Assembly: GCA_000004985.1 (NCBI GenBank)
Contig: GG738861.1
Source of the DNA: Naegleria gruberi
Taxonomy: Eukaryota
Strand: one strand, 5' to 3'
DNA: 64,000 bases
Positions 60,727 through 64,000 of this stretch are shown here, piece by piece. The translations under genes and the position numbers were made by a program. Every line of letters starts with the position of its first letter. Within the stretch, counting starts at the first letter, position 1. The notes beneath the pieces are model-generated. The model was given only the letters and a program-made list of their open reading frames with translations. It was not told where the DNA came from and did no database searches.

Positions 60727-62595
60727 ATGTCCATAAGAGCAGCAAGATTATCATGGTCAACTGTTGTTAGGGTTGGAAAATTGGCACTTTTCTCTAATAA
60801 CACCAACAAGAAAATATTTTCGCACCATCAATTCACAAAATTAAATACTTTTAATACCTTTACAAATATTAATATTAATAATACTAATAATGCTATTAGA
60901 CAATATCACAGCAAGAGTACACTCCATAACAATACTGCTATTGAAAATGTTACTTTGGAAGATTCAATAGAATCCAGTAAAAAAGATAGAATTCAACATT
61001 TGACAGATGTTCTTGATTTGAATCCAAATTTTGCTCCTGCTCTGTTAGAGAGAGGTTTATTATATCAAGAATTGCATGATTTTACAAATTCTTGTATTGA
61101 TTTGGAAAAAGCAATTGAGATTGATCCAAATATAGAAGGATTAGTAAATCTGCATACTCAACTAGGCTATATGTATTCGAAAGTTGAAAAATGCCATGAA
61201 AAGGCGATTTTACATTTAGAAAAAGCATTGGATTTATGTTTTGAAGCTAATATAATTCCTTCAAATATAATTTTCATGTTAACATATACACTCTATGACA
61301 ATAATGGTCACCACGAAAAATCAATTAAACTTTTAACGAGGGGAATTAAATTTCTATCAAGTTTGGAAGCAACTGAAGAATTATCAGAATTATATGTACT
61401 GAGAGGAAATACTCTAATTTCTGAATATAAAATGTTTGAACGTGGAAATCAAGATTATGAAACATCACTTCAATTAGGAGTCAAAACCAAATTGTATTGT
61501 TTAAGAATAATTTTGAATTCTTATGTAAATTTACAGTTATTTGATGATAAGATATTAATGTATTACAATATGGCAAGTGACATTATTAAACAATTTGAAG
61601 CTGAAAATGTGAAACAACTAGATTATCATGTTGCAGAAATGTATTACACTGAATATTCTAAAATTAATACTATAATGAGAGATTATTATTGGAATAGAAA
61701 GGAATTCACACTAGCTCAGCAATATGCTGGTGAGGCAATTTATAAAAATAATCCTGAAAATATTAGAATTGATCCAATGCAACATAATGATTATAGATGC
61801 TTATGTTTATTGAATGGAAATTTCAGAGATGTTCTAGAAAATGTAGAATATATTTATGGGAAGATTGCAAGTAACATTACAGTTGATTTAAGTTTCAAAG
61901 GTGAATATTCAGAACTATTCGGAAACAAAACAGAAACCTTAATTTCACAACGTATTTTCTTGGGTTTATTATATGAAGCTGATAGGCAAATCGACAACTC
62001 GATCTTATTTTGTGGACCAATCAAAGAATTGTTGAAAGATTACAAAATTGATGAAAATTTCACATGTATTCCAAAAGAAAAATTGGAAACTCTCTATCAT
62101 GTGCTTGAAGGATATTGTAATTTACATCAGGGCGATCATTCTCTTTTGAATGAAAACATTTCTCTTGTTGTAAAATATTTTCCATTTTATTTATTTACAA
62201 TTGGTACAAGATACAAAATTAGAAATGAAATGGATAGGTCAAGAGAGTATTATTTACAATATTTCGATAAAAGTGGAGATTTGGAAGGATTATCTGAAGC
62301 AACTGACTGTCTAATTTCACTAAATAGATATGAGGAGGCAGTGGAAGAATCTGATAAATTATTAGAAAGAGATCCATTATACATTCATGCTCTGTACAAC
62401 AAGGGTGAATCATTATTTCACTTGGGGAAATTAGAAAGTGCCAGAAAGTGTTTTGATTTGGCAATTACTGAAGCTGAGAAACAGAACCACAAACATCTTG
62501 AATTGATGGTTCATTCATTGAAGCAAATGTGGCCTCAATATTTAATATTGTCAATTCCTATTACTTTGAAAAAAACCAATAAAAAATTAATTTAA
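60727..62595 (+). CDS. TPR-repeat protein with a presequence-like N-terminus
   Basis: The track start is a TTG and the ATG is at 60727 (MSIRAARLSWSTVVRVGKLALF, resembling a mitochondrial targeting peptide). There are N-terminal TPRs (NFAPALLERGLLYQELHDFTNSCIDLEKAIEIDPN) and C-terminal TPRs (NRYEEAVEESDKLLERDPLYIHALYNKGESLFHLGKLESARKCFDLAI). Confidence 0.7.
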   Translation: MSIRAARLSWSTVVRVGKLALFSNNTNKKIFSHHQFTKLNTFNTFTNININNTNNAIRQYHSKSTLHNNTAIENVTLEDSIESSKKDRIQHLTDVLDLNPNFAPALLERGLLYQELHDFTNSCIDLEKAIEIDPNIEGLVNLHTQLGYMYSKVEKCHEKAILHLEKALDLCFEANIIPSNIIFMLTYTLYDNNGHHEKSIKLLTRGIKFLSSLEATEELSELYVLRGNTLISEYKMFERGNQDYETSLQLGVKTKLYCLRIILNSYVNLQLFDDKILMYYNMASDIIKQFEAENVKQLDYHVAEMYYTEYSKINTIMRDYYWNRKEFTLAQQYAGEAIYKNNPENIRIDPMQHNDYRCLCLLNGNFRDVLENVEYIYGKIASNITVDLSFKGEYSELFGNKTETLISQRIFLGLLYEADRQIDNSILFCGPIKELLKDYKIDENFTCIPKEKLETLYHVLEGYCNLHQGDHSLLNENISLVVKYFPFYLFTIGTRYKIRNEMDRSREYYLQYFDKSGDLEGLSEATDCLISLNRYEEAVEESDKLLERDPLYIHALYNKGESLFHLGKLESARKCFDLAITEAEKQNHKHLELMVHSLKQMWPQYLILSIPITLKKTNKKLI

Positions 62596-62937
62596 CAGTA
62601 TTTGAAATAGTTTTTTATGTAAATGTAATGGAATTTCAGCAATTCAATTTTACAAGTGTTTATGATAATCAATTATTCAACAGATTTGACAATAAACTGA
62701 TTTCTCTCCTTTTCAAGTTATCACGTCCTGTAAATATTCAAAATTCATTGTAAACTAGCCTATTTCCTAAAAAGTAAGATATCAATCATTTCTAAATTGT
62801 TCACTGATCGTCATCCAAACGTTTTTTCATAATCTCAAAAGGTTTCTCAAGTAACGAAGAGTTTTCAAAAATAAAAAAAAACCAACATCCAACCTCACGT
62901 CAACAACTGCCAACTAATTGTACAGACCTAGATCAAT

Positions 62938-63459
62938 ATGGGAATCACACAAAACAAACTGTTAACCGTTGTAAAATCCATCTCTCTAGAACATTTAGAA
63001 TCTGGACTAAATGCTGAAGAAGCAGAATCACTTTGGAAGGAAGCAGATCTCAACCATGATGGAATTTTATCCGAAAGTGAAGCAAAATCACTTTTAAAAA
63101 ACCTAAACCTCACAATTATGGAAAGATTAAGAAAGGCAATGTCTGATCTCGATCAATATCTTCAATCTGATGAATTATTAAAAGAATGGATGAAAGAATG
63201 TGATGAAAATCAAGACGGAAAAATTACAAAAGATGAATTTCTTAAAATGGTAATGAGTGGACATGCAGTTGATACAATTCCAAAGATTTTACTTGATTCA
63301 ATTCATGGCATTGAGGAACAATCAGAAAAGAAGAGAAAGAGACAAGTTGAAGATCAAGCTAAGGAAGATTCGGATAAAGAGGAAGAAGAGGAAGAAAAGG
63401 AAGAAGAAGAAACTTTTGAATCTGAACTGAAAAAGGTTAAATTCACAACACTTGTTTAA
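62938..63459 (+). CDS. EF-hand calcium-binding protein, possibly N-myristoylated
   Basis: The N-terminus is MGITQN (Gly2). Two canonical EF loops are present (DLNHDGILSESE; DENQDGKITKDEF). The C-terminal tail is acidic and K/E-rich. Confidence 0.75.
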   Translation: MGITQNKLLTVVKSISLEHLESGLNAEEAESLWKEADLNHDGILSESEAKSLLKNLNLTIMERLRKAMSDLDQYLQSDELLKEWMKECDENQDGKITKDEFLKMVMSGHAVDTIPKILLDSIHGIEEQSEKKRKRQVEDQAKEDSDKEEEEEEKEEEETFESELKKVKFTTLV

Positions 63460-63649
63460 TCATGATGCATTGCATCGATAATAAAATGTAATATAAAATG
63501 TAATAAGGTTGTTCCCATATTCACCTGAAACTTTCGAAATAAGTTTAAATAACTTAAACTAAACCTTCCTTTTTAGTAACAAAATTCAAACAACCCTGCA
63601 TTGTTCTTTTTTCCATTTTTCCAAAAAAATTGTCTTGACATGTGTAAAC

Positions 63650-64000
63650 ATGCAATTCCTGCCCAATACAATTACCCCAGGTTTTCACATCTCCATCCGA
63701 GTCATCAACCAACCACCACCTTCTACTAGAAATTATCTTGAAACCATCAATAGTAATGGCACTTTAAATTTTGCCTATGGGTCGATCATAACTCCACCAC
63801 AAAACTATGTTCATGGAATGATCGATGAAAATGTCATGACGGATATTCTATCTCATTTCTCTTTACATTCTATGGCTCCTCTTGAATATCACATTGTTCA
63901 GAGAATACTTGTTGGTCAACCGGTGTTTATTAAAATTCCAAACTCTACGGAATATGGTGGATTATTCGCAAACAAGTTGATTGGATTGGTGTTTCAAGTG
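63650..64000 (+). CDS. Hypothetical protein, 5' partial (runs off the window)
   Basis: The ATG at 63650 opens an uninterrupted frame of 117 codons to the window end (MQFLPNTITPGFHISIRVINQPPP...APLEYHIVQRILVGQPVFIKIPNSTEYGGLFANKLIGLVFQV). It is absent from the track only because no stop lies in the window. Confidence 0.4.
   Translation, partial: MQFLPNTITPGFHISIRVINQPPPSTRNYLETINSNGTLNFAYGSIITPPQNYVHGMIDENVMTDILSHFSLHSMAPLEYHIVQRILVGQPVFIKIPNSTEYGGLFANKLIGLVFQV

Noticed and set aside
1-64000. Prokaryotic reading (operons, defence island, mobile element cargo)
   Set aside because: The window contains spliceosomal introns with GT..AG boundaries and CTAAC branch sites, mitochondrial presequences, F-box, BTB, WD40, SmB and proteasome genes, GPI/type-I secretory proteins and a pol-III tRNA with a T-run. 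I found no transposase, integrase or reverse-transcriptase ORFs and no terminal repeats.

Overview
This is AT-rich (about 65-70% AT), gene-dense eukaryotic nuclear DNA, not a prokaryotic locus. The standard genetic code applies: TAA, TAG and TGA all terminate genes here. I support about 40 protein-coding genes on both strands, one tRNA-Glu(UUC) with a downstream T-run, one decayed prolyl-tRNA synthetase pseudogene, one duplicated gene fragment and one tandem paralogue pair. There are no CRISPR arrays, no rRNA genes and no recognisable transposon ORFs. Genes are mostly single-exon. I found at least 12 short spliceosomal introns by hand, 37-80 nt plus one of 278 nt. Most sit near the 5' ends of genes; 5' sites are GTAAGT, GTATGT, GTGAGT or GTTTGT and 3' sites are TAG, CAG or AAG. 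Two introns carry a CTAAC-like branch site. Several of these introns fuse pairs of ORFs in the supplied track into single genes. The supplied ORF track also writes TTG and GTG first codons as M, so I re-derived ATG starts for about a dozen genes. Housekeeping genes I recognise: mitochondrial P5C dehydrogenase, proteasome beta-5, cystathionine-beta-synthase-like enzyme, glycine-cleavage T protein, XPG/Rad2, SmB, a WD40 protein and an RRM protein. The most unusual items are: a bacterial-type RtcB RNA ligase with a eukaryote-style N-terminal beta-grasp/CIDE-N-like extension; a Nudix-like ORF overlapping an IF-2B family ORF in a +1 frame; a multi-pass membrane protein ending in an HMG box; an F-box plus CaaX-ended Ras-like pseudo-GTPase; an F-box plus JMJD6-like JmjC hydroxylase; a type-II-membrane FkbM methyltransferase; two tandem 7-TM paralogues flanking a lipase gene; and a ProRS pseudogene. 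The lineage cannot be named from sequence alone. The intron signals, low-complexity N/Q/S-rich proteins and gene density suggest an AT-rich protist or fungus-like eukaryote.
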